Assembly (NCBI GenBank): GCA_002633005.1 | Contig: NMRA01000420.1 | Location: 353,191 to 401,747, forward strand | DNA from: Phoronis australis | Taxonomy: Eukaryota; Animalia; Phoronida | Direction of reading: 5' to 3' | Length of the DNA: 48,557 nucleotides | Part shown: piece by piece, positions 35,492-47,800 of the stretch | Layout of the letters: every line of letters starts with the position of its first letter | How positions within the stretch are numbered: the first letter of the stretch is position 1 | Notes under the pieces: generated by a model | Databases searched by the model: none | Seen by the model: only the letters and a program-made list of their open reading frames with translations | What the model was told of the DNA's origin: nothing | Made by a program: the position numbers and the translations under genes

Positions 35492-35567
35492 AGTTCAAAG
35501 TATTCAATATGAAGACCTGTCAATCGTTGTCTAAGTTCAAAGTATTCAGTAAGAAGACCTGTCAATC
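35492..35567 (+). repeat. Short tandem duplication, 42-bp period
   Basis: AGTTCAAAGTATTCA....GAAGACCTGTCAATC at 35492 and 35534. Confidence 0.85.
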
Positions 35568-36556
35568 ATTAGCACGTGCATGGTTGTCTACGTGTCCATA
35601 TACTCAATTCACGCGGACATTAAAATCCAAAGCGAGGCTCACTGCGATAAACAAAGCGAAAGTAGACATTGCGTGAGTTAAATAGCCGGTCTTTCGAGTC
35701 CAACCTGGATATTGAATTTTAATAATGTGTCAACAATTAAACCACACAGACGTAGAAAATTACATTAGATAACATGTTAAGGCGTCAAAGAGTTGTCTGA
35801 CGAAAGGGTTTATTTTTTTCCGGAAAACTAGGTTCGAAACATGAAAAGTAAATATTACCAAATTGCGGCGATCGTAGTGTTACGGATTAGGTATTATGCT
35901 GAATGCAGGGTTACTTTTTTCTTGTAAATTGTTGATCAAAATACTTTCTACGCGGACCAGGTCATCTGCTCGTATTGTTGACGAGTTGAAAACATATTCG
36001 ACAGTGGTGGCTGTCATGTGCAATTAGTCATATCTGATTTAATTTGTTGATCAAGAATATAAAAATCAAGCATAGCCTGATCCTATGCACTCCCTGGGAC
36101 TAACAGTTGATTTGTCATTGATCTGAAAGAATAATTGATGTTATTAAACATATTTTTTATTAAATTAATAAACCAGACTCGTAATTGAAAATAAAAATTA
36201 TTTGACCATCAATTCTGCTTTCTTGGTTGTAATAATTCTTACGTCTATTTCATGTGTTAGATTTGAATTTGGACCGAGTTGAATTTTAAAATTAAAACAC
36301 CTAATTCGTTCGTCCAAAACGTAACCTCGTTTTAGAACTCAATTTCAGTTAACTGGACAATGAAATCATAGTTATCATGTTTCTGCAGGAACCTCGTTCA
36401 TCCGAGGGGAAAGGTGCCAGTGCCTACTGAGAGGCGATTTTTTCGCCGAATGAGGGCGGGAACAGTCTACCTCCCGATCACCATCAATAGCACCCCCGCC
36501 CTGTTGCAAGCTCTCATAGACTCTGTCTCGTTTTAAAGTAGCCTTTTGTGCTCTTA

Positions 36557-37374
36557 AAAATTGTCATCAGTGTGTGGTTACAGGTTACATGTATGTGAAC
36601 TCAGAAAAATTTTTCACCAGGGGAATTTTTATGCCTCGTGGGGGGAATTTCGCGTGATATTTCAATATTTTTGAGAGGGGAATAGGGCCGATATTGGGCC
36701 CTAAATTTGAGGGATTGAGGGCTCTGTCCTTTTTGGAAAGAAAAATTATAATGTTTCAACCCGTAGCAGGGGCGGATCCAGGATTTTGAATTAGGGGGGG
36801 GGGCAGGCACAGGAATAAGCATCATTTCGGCTGATGCACGCGCCCAGCCTAAAATCTGGGGATGCAGGGGTCTTGAATTCTTGGGTTTGCGGACCTGTTG
36901 ACTAAAAAAAACGGTAAACGGGGTTCATTCAGCGCCTATGCGTTGTTTATTCACCCCCAATACCCCCTGGTTGCGCACGTGTGCTAGTCAGCAATTCGCA
37001 CCCGAACTCAAAAATGGGATCTGATACAATTTTAGTGCCCCCCCTAAATCCGTAGTCATCAAAATACAACCTGGCTGGCCCATTCTCTGGTCGTTACTAT
37101 GATGCTTGACAACTGACCGAGATGCGACAAAATATGATCTAACTTTTCGAAAACATTTATTTTACACGGACATATTTTGCTTCGTCGGCGTATGGCAAGG
37201 ACCCAACGCTTCCGAATCTAAACGTCTTTAGAAATTGTGAAGCGTGTACGTATTTTTTTCTAGCCGTTCGCAGAACAACACGGTCTGAAACACAGAACTA
37301 TGCCGATAAGCTAACAGAGCTATCGTAGCGAGCCTCGTTTTGGAACGCGCCTCCTGTCGGCGTGAATAGGGTCT
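36557..37374 (+). repeat. Dispersed repeat, direct copy of 1-815
   Basis: Colinear match to 1-815 with the same right boundary GCGTGAATAGGGTCT. Confidence 0.9.
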
Positions 37375-40300
37375 TTGTGGGAAAAGTCGACGGCTCACTG
37401 GGCAGCTTGTAAAAAGCATGTAAACTTGGGGCTTGTTCACTGGTGAAATCCAAATACCCACTTCAATAAACTTGTGCGAAATTTAATGTTGTGTAATGTA
37501 TGCTCTTACATATGTTTATTGAGCTTGTGGTAACAGGTATAATGTGCGACATTCAATTATGTTTGAAAAGTATAATTTGAATTTAATTACCAGCGGACAA
37601 GTGTCGTATAGGTCAGGACAAGTACAATTCATTTCTACTTGTCCGACTAGGCAAGTTAAAATGAAAGTTAGTCCTAAAGACGAGGAAAGTTAAAAAAACA
37701 ATTTGCTTCCCTGTCAGATTTCACATAACAGTTTAGTCATCAATAATTCTTCAATCCCCAGATTTTGTTTGCCGTCCCGTTCACTGATGAACTCTGAATT
37801 CCTGCCTATAGTGTACTATGTGTAGTGTTTTTAAGTCACGCGCCAAAGGTCAACAAACTTGATACATCCCAATAAAACGCAAAGATACAGTATCAAAGTT
37901 TTGACATCAACAAGGCAATGGGTTCTACGCAACACTGAGAAAAGGGGTTGACCGGTAACCAAACAACTGCTGCCCAAAAACAATGTCTACTGAAGTTTCG
38001 GGCTCTTAACACCGACCACCGCGGGCAATTAAGGTACAAACTTTTGAAATTCGACCTTCCGCCGTCAAAGAAAATGTTCAATTCGAACTCTCCGTCAAAA
38101 ATGTTGGCTGCAGACCTGTGATATGGTAACCTGCCGACACCCATACCGGGGTCACCGGCCCACCACTGCATTAATGAAAAAGAAAATTTCTATATGCCGT
38201 CAATCGTTGTTGTAACAATGTTATTTTTAGGAGTAAATGAGGCAGTGAATAACAGTTACAGAACACTCAGCATTCCACGTTACTCCTGTCATTGTAGCGA
38301 GAGCTGACGATAATATAGTTGCTAGTCTCGATGCAAATAGAGGGAGCGCTGAATCAGCGCGACTTTTCGTGATTTTGCATTTCACATCATAACTGAAGTC
38401 GAATACGATTCTCAGATTTGGTTACGTTTGGAGTCTACTCGAAATGCTACATTAGATACGATTTTTTTGAGTATGACTCCAGTGAGCACCGGCGATTTTG
38501 AGTATGAAATCTCGAGTATGAGTATGAACCTGACGGAGGTTGCAGACTGGGCCTCGGAGTCACAGTCGACGGAGGTGGGGTGCTGCAACTTTGACTTAAT
38601 TCATACCCAAAACATTTCTATAATAAAATACAGTTGCATGTTTCCTGCACTAATTATTCTTTAAAAATTAATTTTTGATAAGAATTCAAATAAAATAACT
38701 TTATTAACCGCTTCTGGGCTAAACATTCGTTGCAACAACACCCGGCAACACTGTACACAATCGCTTGTCTTAGTGATAGAAGCATACATTTCCCACAATG
38801 CAACTGCGGCGGCAAAATCAAATATGGCGGATTTACACATTCGCTATTGCACACACGCCGCTAGATATCTCTACGGTCCGTGAAACAACATTGTCCCCCA
38901 GTGGCCATTAATTCCAATTTCGCTAGCAGATTCGTTTCCCACTGTACAGTCTCTGGTGCCACCCGACAGAGAAAACAGCAACAGGGTGACATCAGACAGC
39001 CAAGTTGGCGGACCAGTTCACAGCTTTTTAGTTGTCTGGCGTCCTTTTCATTTCGTTTGTCATGCAAAGTCTTGTAAACGACAACTAATTGGTACCAAAG
39101 AAGGGCATTTTTGTAGTTTTTTAACCCTCGTGGTTTACGCCCATGTGAAGCTGGCGAGTGTAGCCTCTTGGAAAGGTGCTTGGTAATGACATCATTCGTT
39201 GTGGCTGTATCACACTGAACGTGACCATCACCGCATACAACCCAGCACTAACGAATGGGGTAAAAATAAAAGGTTTTGAAAACTTTGTCAGACTCTTTCA
39301 CCGTACTTACTTGATGTTGGAATAATGGTCAAGATGAGGCACGCTTGCAAACAGACCGCGTTGCCATAGATGAGGCCCAGCAGGAACTTATCGTGCGTAC
39401 GGTTGGTGCTACCCTTCAGAAACAAATGAAAATTTCGTTTATATAAAGGAGTGCGTTCCATAGACGGAAAAGTAAAGCTATGACTAGTACATGCTTCACC
39501 ATCTAGATATCTCGAGGAGATGTGCATGACCTAGTCTCAGCTTCTGTTGGAAGAAAACTGCTCTATGAAGCGCATTCAAGTTCAAGGTATTATTTACCTT
39601 GACATGCCAAACCGATTTTCTATTATCAAGCTTGGCGATCGTTTTAATTTAGTATTCGTGCAATGGAGCTGCAATTATAGCGTATTCCATGATGTCATCG
39701 TCACAGTGCAGTTTTCTAGAAAAAAGGAAGCAATGATTTCCGTCGGTGGGAATAGCGAACCTGGTGAATCAAAGGCAACATTGCCTCCCATTATCACCAC
39801 TGGTTTTCTTCCTTTCAGTCTGTGTATTCTCAAACCGGCTACCTTGTATCCTTACTCTACAGATACACCTTTTTGCCAGCAGATGGTAGAGCAAGAACAG
39901 TGGTGAAACCGCAGACTATAGTACATGGACCGCCAACTCTGTATGTTTTCAATGGACGAAATCTTTGAATTTGTGATCTTATGCATAAGCCGTTACGTCA
40001 CTATTCAATAGCAAAACCTGGCAAAATTAGCAAGGTTTACTTCCGGCAAGTACGTCGCCTGCTAATTATGGTCATTTCGTCGGGATTTGGATATGTGATT
40101 TTGTCCAACTCGCATACATCCGTATTTTAATACATTGGACGCTCGTAATGCATTAACTTTTTAAATGAAGTTCATGTGAATACTCTAGAAATAACCATCA
40201 GGCATACTAAAAAACCAATCTCGCACTTCAACAGCAGTTGACGTTTCATTTTCAGCTCGAATGCACGCCGGAGTCGCTCAAAATTTCTACACTCTAGGTT

Positions 40301-41175
40301 TGAAAGACCTTGAGCAACATTTCAATACCGAAATTCCTTTTTTTCGCTGTACTAGACATTAAAATAGACGCTAAAATTTCCCGTTACAATACACTAACCG
40401 AAAACTGAAATTGGTAATTTAGGAAGAGAGTGGCGCCTCCCCTAGTACTGTACAGTACGCAAAAAAATGTCGGAGTTGCGAATCTGTTATCTATAGCGTA
40501 ACACACTCTAGTCATAGGCTGATTTAGGGGGGGGGGGNAAATAAAACAGTAAGAGCGTAGGGAAATGTAGAGTTTATTAATTAACCCCGGTAATTAAAAT
40601 TATACGGATGAAAAGAAAATTAAATGTGTGCAGTTCTAGTGTTGGGGGAGGGGGAGGGGGCTCAAATCCAATTTCAAGTGTCAAATAAGGAACACAGCGC
40701 ATTCGTAACGGAACTATGGCTAAGTATAGGCTCTCCCGCGATATCCCAGGCCACCGGCAGTGGCGCTGCGCACTACGACTCCGTTTCCGTCGTCTGCTCC
40801 AATGTGCAATGAAGAAAATTTACTTCACATTTTAAAGAAAATGGAACCTGAGTGACGATGAAAAAACAGAAGCTGTTGGTAAGATGTGAATTTTAATCGA
40901 AGCCTTAGTGAATCACTCAGAATTTCGCAATACTCTCTTTGTCAAACCTTATCTTAAGACGATTTCCAAAGCAATCCCGTCATTATTGCCAACACGAAAA
41001 ATGGATTTGGTCTTTTGGGCATTTGAAGACTATTTTAAATACGACAAATTTGTTAAGAATTGATGGCACAAAATATAAAACGTGTAATAAGCATTACAAA
41101 AAAAAGTAGGTTTCGCGCAAACGCTCTGGAACATAAATAAGTAGGTTTCTTAGAAAACGATTAGCAGTCAAATTG

Positions 41176-41240
41176 TGGTGGTGTAGTGGTAACGCACGCA
41201 TGCTCTATCCCCCAGGTCGTGAGTTCGAGTCTTAGGTAGT
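41176..41240 (+). other. Degenerate tRNA-like / SINE-head sequence with Pol III A and B boxes
   Basis: A box TGGTGTAGTGG (41179-41189), B box GAGTTCGAGTC (41221-41231), T-rich run at ~41270-41286; no convincing full cloverleaf. Confidence 0.45.
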
Positions 41241-41555
41241 TGCAGTTTTTCTGTTCGACACGTTCTCTGTTTTTTTTTTCTTTTTTGCCTCTTTTGTCTT
41301 CAGGAATCAATGAAAATGCTTAATTTTTAGAGTTAAAAACAGAAAAGTTTCTTGGGCGGGCGGGGGGCAAACCCTCCCGACCTCCCCCCACTTCGGTGCT
41401 ATGCGCATCTACAATCGCGGTTCAGTTTGCGCAAGTGCTTACAGCCGGACAAAAAGTTGCCCCCCCCTTGTGATATCCTAGATCCGCCACTACTAGTTAT
41501 TGTACTTACTTAGCAATTACCATAACTAAAGTGATCTTGCAAAATATAGCTAATC

Positions 41556-42118
41556 TGTCATGAAATCTGTGACATTCATGATACATATATAATTCTTAGC
41601 ACATTAGTTTGATAGCATTACTTATTGATATTGTTTCTTTGCTAGACAATTGTTTGTGTTTATAGAAACTTGTTTTGGTTGTCAGCTGAGTCAGCGACCA
41701 ACCCATCCGGTGCATCCACACATGTTTTGATGATCTCTGTAGTAAACAAGATTGCGTAATGGTCATTCACAGAAACATAGCCTAAAGACAGCTGACCATT
41801 ACCATATATGGCAAACACAACACAATAGTTCAGATGATTGTTGTGAAAGTTCTTATAGTTGCTTCCTGTTTTTTCCTGTAGGATATTGAATCATAAAGTT
41901 TAGTGCATGCAACCCACATATTTGTAACTTGTATATAAACCTGTTCACTTGTCTAATAAAGACAGTCCTCATCTTGCTACTGCCAGTTGCTTTACTAGTG
42001 TAATTGAGTGTTCCACACTTAGTTACTGAATACAACCATCTCATTGACGGACCGAGACTGTCCACAACACAACACAACGCTGCTACTAAGTCGAGTTATT
42101 CTCCACTATTCTACTACA
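41556..42118 (+). repeat. 5' LTR (563 bp)
   Basis: TGTCATG...CTACTACA; 10 substitutions and no indels versus the 3' LTR by manual count (~1.8%). Confidence 0.96.
41932..41960 (+). promoter_or_regulatory. Putative LTR TATA box and polyadenylation signal
   Basis: TATATAAA at 41932-41939 and AATAAA at 41955-41960, both repeated in the 3' LTR. Confidence 0.55.
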
Positions 42119-42123
42119 TTGTT

Positions 42124-42135
42124 TGGTGCCGTGAC
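42124..42135 (+). other. Primer-binding site, tRNA-His type
   Basis: TGGTGCCGTGAC lies 5 nt after the 5' LTR and is complementary to the 3' end (GUCACGGCACCA) of eukaryotic tRNA-His(GUG). Confidence 0.8.
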
Positions 42136-42145
42136 CTGCGCGAAG

Positions 42146-44260
42146 ATGGAACCACAACTGGCCAAACAGAGGAAAGTTCGCGGTGCGCACAGAGGACTCA
42201 TGACGAAGCTTATCGATCGTGCCACCCACTTCATGACTGCGACTCCATCGGACCCTGTTCCCGACCTGGAGAAAGTTCTCAACCAGATTCATGCCAAGAA
42301 AACTCAGCTAGAAATGCTCGATGCCAGCATTCTCACCCTGCTTGATGGCGAGGATGCCATCGAAGACGAAGTCATCAGTACCGATGCGTACATGTCCACT
42401 GTGCTGGAAACCATTTTCGACACGACTAGATTTATTGACCAAGCGAAGACACCCTCACCGAGCCCAACGGCCACCAAGTCACCTGCTAGCCACCCGACTC
42501 GGACGGTACAACTACCCAAGCTGCAACTGCCTATTTTCTCTGGAGACCCACTCCAGTGGCTGTCGTTTTCTGACTCATTTTGTGCTGCGGTCGACTCCGA
42601 TTCTGGACTAGAACCAGTCCAAAAGTTACAGTACCTGCGTGCCCACATCGCCGGCGACGCCGCCAATGCCATCGCTGGCCTCCCACTGACGAACGCCAGT
42701 TACATAGAAGCCATGGACCTGCTTGCTGACAGGTATGGAAAATCCACTCTATTGGTCAATGCTTATATGAAAGCTCTGTGGGATATCAAACCCCCACAAC
42801 CAACTAGTGCCAGCCTACGCCACTTTCGTGACACCCTTGAGACGTACATCCGGGGACTGAGGACCCCGGGTAAGACAGAAGACTCCTATGGTGACCTCTT
42901 GGTGCCCATTATATTTGAGAAAATCCCTGGAAGTGTGAAAACACAGATTTGTAGAGATCATGGTCAAACTACCTGGACGCTGAACGACCTTCTTACGGCA
43001 CTGTCCCGAGAGATTTCTGCCAGCATGGAAGGGGACTCTTCCATGGCCCTTTCAGGTGACGCACATTACACGTCCACTTCAAGTTTTGCAGTGAGAGACA
43101 CACTGCGACCAGCAAAACATTTTCCTCAGAAGAAACATGTACACCCACCGAACAGACGACCTTCGCCAAGATGTGCTTTTTGCAAACAGAGTCATGCGTC
43201 ACACACCTGCAGAGTCTTCAGCGACCATATGAAGCGACTAGAGATTGTCCGCCGAGACCGTTTGTGTTTCAATTGTTTAGATGCTCACCAGGCCAGGGAC
43301 TGCCCGTCTACTATGAACACTTGCCGATCATGCCATCGCAAGCACCACACTACGTTATGTGCCACCTTTTCGCGAGAAAATTCGAAGCCCGACAACAGAT
43401 CAGAAGCCAGCCAACCGAAAAACGAAGTCACGTCCACTGTATACCCACCGAGTACTACTCGAGATGCCCAGGTGAACCTGGCACCCACAGCAGGGCCAGT
43501 TTTGTTGAAGACTGCCGCTGCCACAATTGAGAGAGAGGGGCATTGGACTAAGGTACATGTAAATGTTTTATTTGATGAGGGTTCACAACGAACGTTTCTA
43601 ACTGTAAGGGCCGCCCAGCGCCTACATGTTGACACAGACCACGCTCTTAGAGAGACTATCAACCTATCTACCTTCCGAGAGTCTAATGCCCAACTTCAGA
43701 TACTTCCAATGATTACATTCGAGCTGAAAACTCAACATGGTAACGTACAACTGTCTGCTGTCATTGTCCCAACAATTTCTACGCCTGTGAAGAATTGCGT
43801 GCCAACTACTGTTAACTGCTTTGACTATTTACAATGTTTGCTCATTAACTCCCCTGCTGAGTCGATGATTGAAATTGATTTGCTGATTGGTGCTGACCAT
43901 TACTGGTCAATTGTTGGCGACACCACAATCAGAGGTTCAGGACCAACGGCCGTCGCTTCCAAACTGGGCTACCTATTGTCAGGTCCCACCCGTCTACAAT
44001 GCAATGGAACGCCGATCACTCATGCGAACATCACCTGTATGAAAATTCTCCAAGAGGAACCGGACCCTGCCACCCAATACTGGGACCTTGAAACGATTGG
44101 AATCAAAGACCCTACGACAGAGACGCCCTTTGATTTCAGTAGCTACCGTAACCATGGTATTACTCACGATCCTGACGGAAAATACACTGCGAAATTACAT
44201 GAAAAATGTAAAAAATTCTGGCTAATTATTCAGCTTTCTTGTAGCGCGGGAGTGTCATGA
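42146..44260 (+). CDS. BEL/Pao Gag-aspartic protease polyprotein, 704 aa, truncated before RT
   Basis: LPKLQLPIFSGDPLQWLSFSDSF...QKLQYLR (DUF1759-type gag); three knuckles CAFCKQSHASHTC, CFNCLDAHQARDC, CRSCHRKHHTTLC; protease LFDEGSQRTF...IDLLIGADHYW; ends YWDLETIGI...DGKYTAKL followed by an unrelated tail; the stop codon lies inside the 3' LTR. Confidence 0.92.
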   Translation: MEPQLAKQRKVRGAHRGLMTKLIDRATHFMTATPSDPVPDLEKVLNQIHAKKTQLEMLDASILTLLDGEDAIEDEVISTDAYMSTVLETIFDTTRFIDQAKTPSPSPTATKSPASHPTRTVQLPKLQLPIFSGDPLQWLSFSDSFCAAVDSDSGLEPVQKLQYLRAHIAGDAANAIAGLPLTNASYIEAMDLLADRYGKSTLLVNAYMKALWDIKPPQPTSASLRHFRDTLETYIRGLRTPGKTEDSYGDLLVPIIFEKIPGSVKTQICRDHGQTTWTLNDLLTALSREISASMEGDSSMALSGDAHYTSTSSFAVRDTLRPAKHFPQKKHVHPPNRRPSPRCAFCKQSHASHTCRVFSDHMKRLEIVRRDRLCFNCLDAHQARDCPSTMNTCRSCHRKHHTTLCATFSRENSKPDNRSEASQPKNEVTSTVYPPSTTRDAQVNLAPTAGPVLLKTAAATIEREGHWTKVHVNVLFDEGSQRTFLTVRAAQRLHVDTDHALRETINLSTFRESNAQLQILPMITFELKTQHGNVQLSAVIVPTISTPVKNCVPTTVNCFDYLQCLLINSPAESMIEIDLLIGADHYWSIVGDTTIRGSGPTAVASKLGYLLSGPTRLQCNGTPITHANITCMKILQEEPDPATQYWDLETIGIKDPTTETPFDFSSYRNHGITHDPDGKYTAKLHEKCKKFWLIIQLSCSAGVS

Positions 44261-44815
44261 AATCTGTGACATTCATGATACATATATAATTCTTAGCTCA
44301 TTAGTTTGATAGTATTACTTATTGATATTGTTTCTTTGCTAGACAATTGTTTGTGTTTATAGAAACTTGTTTTGGTTGTCAGCGGAGTCAGCGACCAACC
44401 CATCCGGTGCATCCACACATGTTTTGATGATCTCTGTAGTAAACAAGATTGCGTAATGGTCATTCACAGAAACATAGCCTAAAGACAGCTGACCATTAAC
44501 ATATATTGCAAACACAACACAATAGTTCAGATGATTGTTGTGAAAGTTCTTAAAGTTGTTTCCTGTTTTTTCCTGTAGGATATTGAATCATAAAGTTTAG
44601 TGCATGCAACCCACATATTTGTAACTTGTATATAAACCTGTTCACTTGTCTAATAAAGACAGTCCTCATCTTGCTACTGCCAGTTGCTTTACTAGTGTAA
44701 TTGAGTGTTCCACACTTAGTTACTGAATACAACCATCTCATTGACGGACCGGGACTGTCCACAACACAACACAACGCTGCCACTAAGTCGAGATATTCTC
44801 CACTATTCTACTACA
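44253..44815 (+). repeat. 3' LTR (563 bp), preceded by a short PPT-like GCGCGGGAG
   Basis: Direct repeat of 41556-42118, followed by TAATC. Confidence 0.96.
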
Positions 44816-47800
44816 TAATCTAATTCACTGTGAGTTGCTTTATTCAAACCGAACATCTACATTGTAGTCGTCTTTCTGATCGAGACATGTAGTGCATGTT
44901 GACGAAATGAGCAAAAAGGTCCACCTCAGAGAAACAAAAACTCCGAAAAAAGTAGAAAACGAGAGACAAAAGTGCAATAAAAAGGCAGGAAGTACCAAAA
45001 TGCACAATTCAGAGCTTTGAACTTAACCTGTGAATCTTAGTAAAAGCCGCCATTTTTTATGCTGGGTGCTCAAAGGTAGTGAAATAAATGTTTTTAGTTT
45101 GAATCTATTTTGACATGGCAACAAATGGCTCACTCAGTGAATTTGGCAACAGTGTCAGTTTCTCTTTTGTTAAATGGTGGGTATATGCGTGCCCACATTT
45201 CAGTAAAACTCTTGTCATTTTGCAGGATGGGTAACGCGTATGTGCGACACTCACAAACGTTTTCCTCGAGTCTTTAAAAGAGACAAAGTTATCTACTTCT
45301 TGACAAATAGGGAACTGACAGAACAAGAACGAAACGACACAAGTCCTTTACGATGAAGAGCCCCGTCAACTTTCAAGGGATGTCCTTTCAAGTGCACATG
45401 AGAAGCAAGCGAGAAACCTCATGACCCGCTGCAAAACTTCACTTAACCCCACGCGAACTTAATATCCTTGCACTTTAGCTCAAAGAGCAATCTAGTTCAA
45501 AAACTTAAAAATATATATGTAACATGGCATAATGTTGAGATCCTTTCTGCTATCAAACTAAATACCTTTTTGAGCACAATTTTGTACCCCGGCCGAGATC
45601 AGAAAGTCATTGACTATTTCCGTCATTTCCGTGATCTGAATTCCTGTGCATCAGTTCAGGAACAATTCCTGAATGACGGTCATGTTGTCCATAAAACGTA
45701 TTGGCATCGCCGTGAGCGTAAATGTCTTGTTACTTTGTTTGGTTGTTTTTGATTGTCATATTGGTTCTTTGTATTCAAACTTGATTATTTATCGTTCAAA
45801 TTCTATCGGTTCTTTGCACATGACGAATGGTATTTAATGCATAATCATAAGTTTGTGAAGTACGTCGCTACTCGGCTACTGAGGTCAGCCCTGACACATC
45901 GCAAGGGTACGTCAAATTTCCGCTATCACCAAATGTTTAATCGTTAAACTGATGCAAAGTACCAGACTGGAGTGAGCAATTGCCGTGAGACTAGCCGGAC
46001 GTGTTAGCGCCGTGCGTACTAGGCAGCACTGAAATCGGCACCGGCTTTACTGGTCGTTGAAAATTTAAAACATAAAAAACCCTCACACGGCGATGTTTCA
46101 ACAAACAAAAGTTTTATCTCAAAACAGTGAGCGTCACATCTCAGTTGCAATAACGAGAACATGTGCTTGATTTTGCTGCCCGGATAGTAAACGGCGAAGT
46201 AATTTCCCTGCAGTTGCCGAGACTCTTCGCCCGGAAAATAATCACTTGCTAAATTGGCTTTTATTTCAAATCATTAGGGAAAACTTATAGTAAAACGTGA
46301 CAAAAAACTTTCAATGTATACCACTGTTGTCTAAATATAATTATTTCGCGACGCTAATAGGGGTGTAGTAAATTGTAGTCAATGAGCTAAATGTCGGCGA
46401 TGGGAAAATTTTGCGGTGTTAGGAGCATGACGCAATTTCACTCATTCGAGGCCCGTGTGCGGATCACAGACTCTCCGCGCACGGCAGGCCAGGTGGTCCG
46501 TCTTAGCCGGGTAGCAGGTTATTATACGAATTTTTCTGTCTGATTGGAAATTACTCCTTTTACTTTTAACTTATTAATACTTATATTGTACCATTTGACA
46601 CCATGCAAGTGTTCTCACTGAAGCTTTTTCGCTACCAAATGGTACTCTGTCGTTCATTGTTGACAGTTTTCCGCCTGACGGTAATGGAGGGAGCGGGATC
46701 AGACCACCGCCAGTATCTTACTTTCAGTCTAAATTTATTTTCGATATTTTCGCAAGTTTAATCGTCAGGATATTCTAACTGCGTGTATAGGAATTTTAAT
46801 CAATTATTTTGATATTGCGTGTTCGTTGTTCTGTTTATACGTGTATTTTTTGTTTCAGTTAATTACACCAAGTAAAACACACATAGCCTAGCCCGCCATA
46901 TTCGGCCTTGTTATTCAATCGTTGGCACAGGACTGTGACTAGTCCGTAATTTTATGCAAGTGGCTTAAACTATCTTTGTATGTATACTGCATTCATGATT
47001 TGAATCGATATAACAGCCGCCAGTGATACTAACACAGAGAATAAACCGGAGACACACACAGTGGGACACGGCAGGCGTGAAATACAGCAAAGAAAGACAA
47101 ATTAATGAAGGGGGTAACAGGAAAGTCATGCAAACAAGAGTAACATGCGGCACGACCCTGTTTGCCACTGGAGAATGAAACAAGTATTTTTCTTAATATC
47201 GCGTGTCTTTTAATCATGTCTCTTGGTCAGTTGCTTCAACAATGTTCTCGCGCGTATTAGAGAAAATGTAGGCAGAGGTAAACGCGTCTCCCCGGCAACT
47301 GGAAATAGGTAGCTCAAATAAATATGAATTTTATAGTTTTTATAAACGTGATCTTGTTAGCGAGTAATACATGTATGTGAATTGTTTAAGCACCTATTCG
47401 AGAATAATACTAGCGCAATTTCGATGTTCAGGTCAAATATTATTTTGGATTGCCTCATGTTAATGTACGTTCCCATTTTTCGGAACACAGGTCGTTGTCC
47501 ACAAATGTTTTAATACATAACCACTCTACGAAGTCTCAGCTTTCACATGTAGTATGTAACTTTTTTGAGTGGTTTTACGCCGTAAAAGAAATAACGATCT
47601 AATGAAGGCACTTAATCCAGTTGCACAACTTGACTCAGGTGGGTTTAAAAAATAAAAAATAGATAACTTGCGAATACGTTTTAATCATGATTTTTACATT
47701 TTCACGTAGGCACAAGTTCTTTTATTCACTATGTCATTAATTTTTGTTAATTTGTCGTTGTTGCACAGTGATGCAACAAAAATGCTAAAATTTGATGGTT

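Larger units (their letters stand above)
41556..44815 (+). mobile_element. BEL/Pao LTR retrotransposon, non-autonomous (gag-protease only), 3260 bp
   Basis: Two 563-bp TG...CA LTRs; 5-bp TSD TAATC (41551-41555, 44816-44820); PBS, PPT-like tract and BEL-type gag-protease ORF. Confidence 0.96.

Noticed and set aside
39288-39906. Short ORFs that looked like degraded exons
   Set aside because: No motif or consistent splice structure could be supported.
42044-42145. N-terminal extension of the 738-aa ORF from a TTG start
   Set aside because: It lies in the LTR and PBS; the ATG at 42146 just after the PBS is the plausible start.
41853-44783. Duplicated antisense ORFs (74 and 77 aa)
   Set aside because: They are simply the two LTR copies; there is no evidence of coding function.
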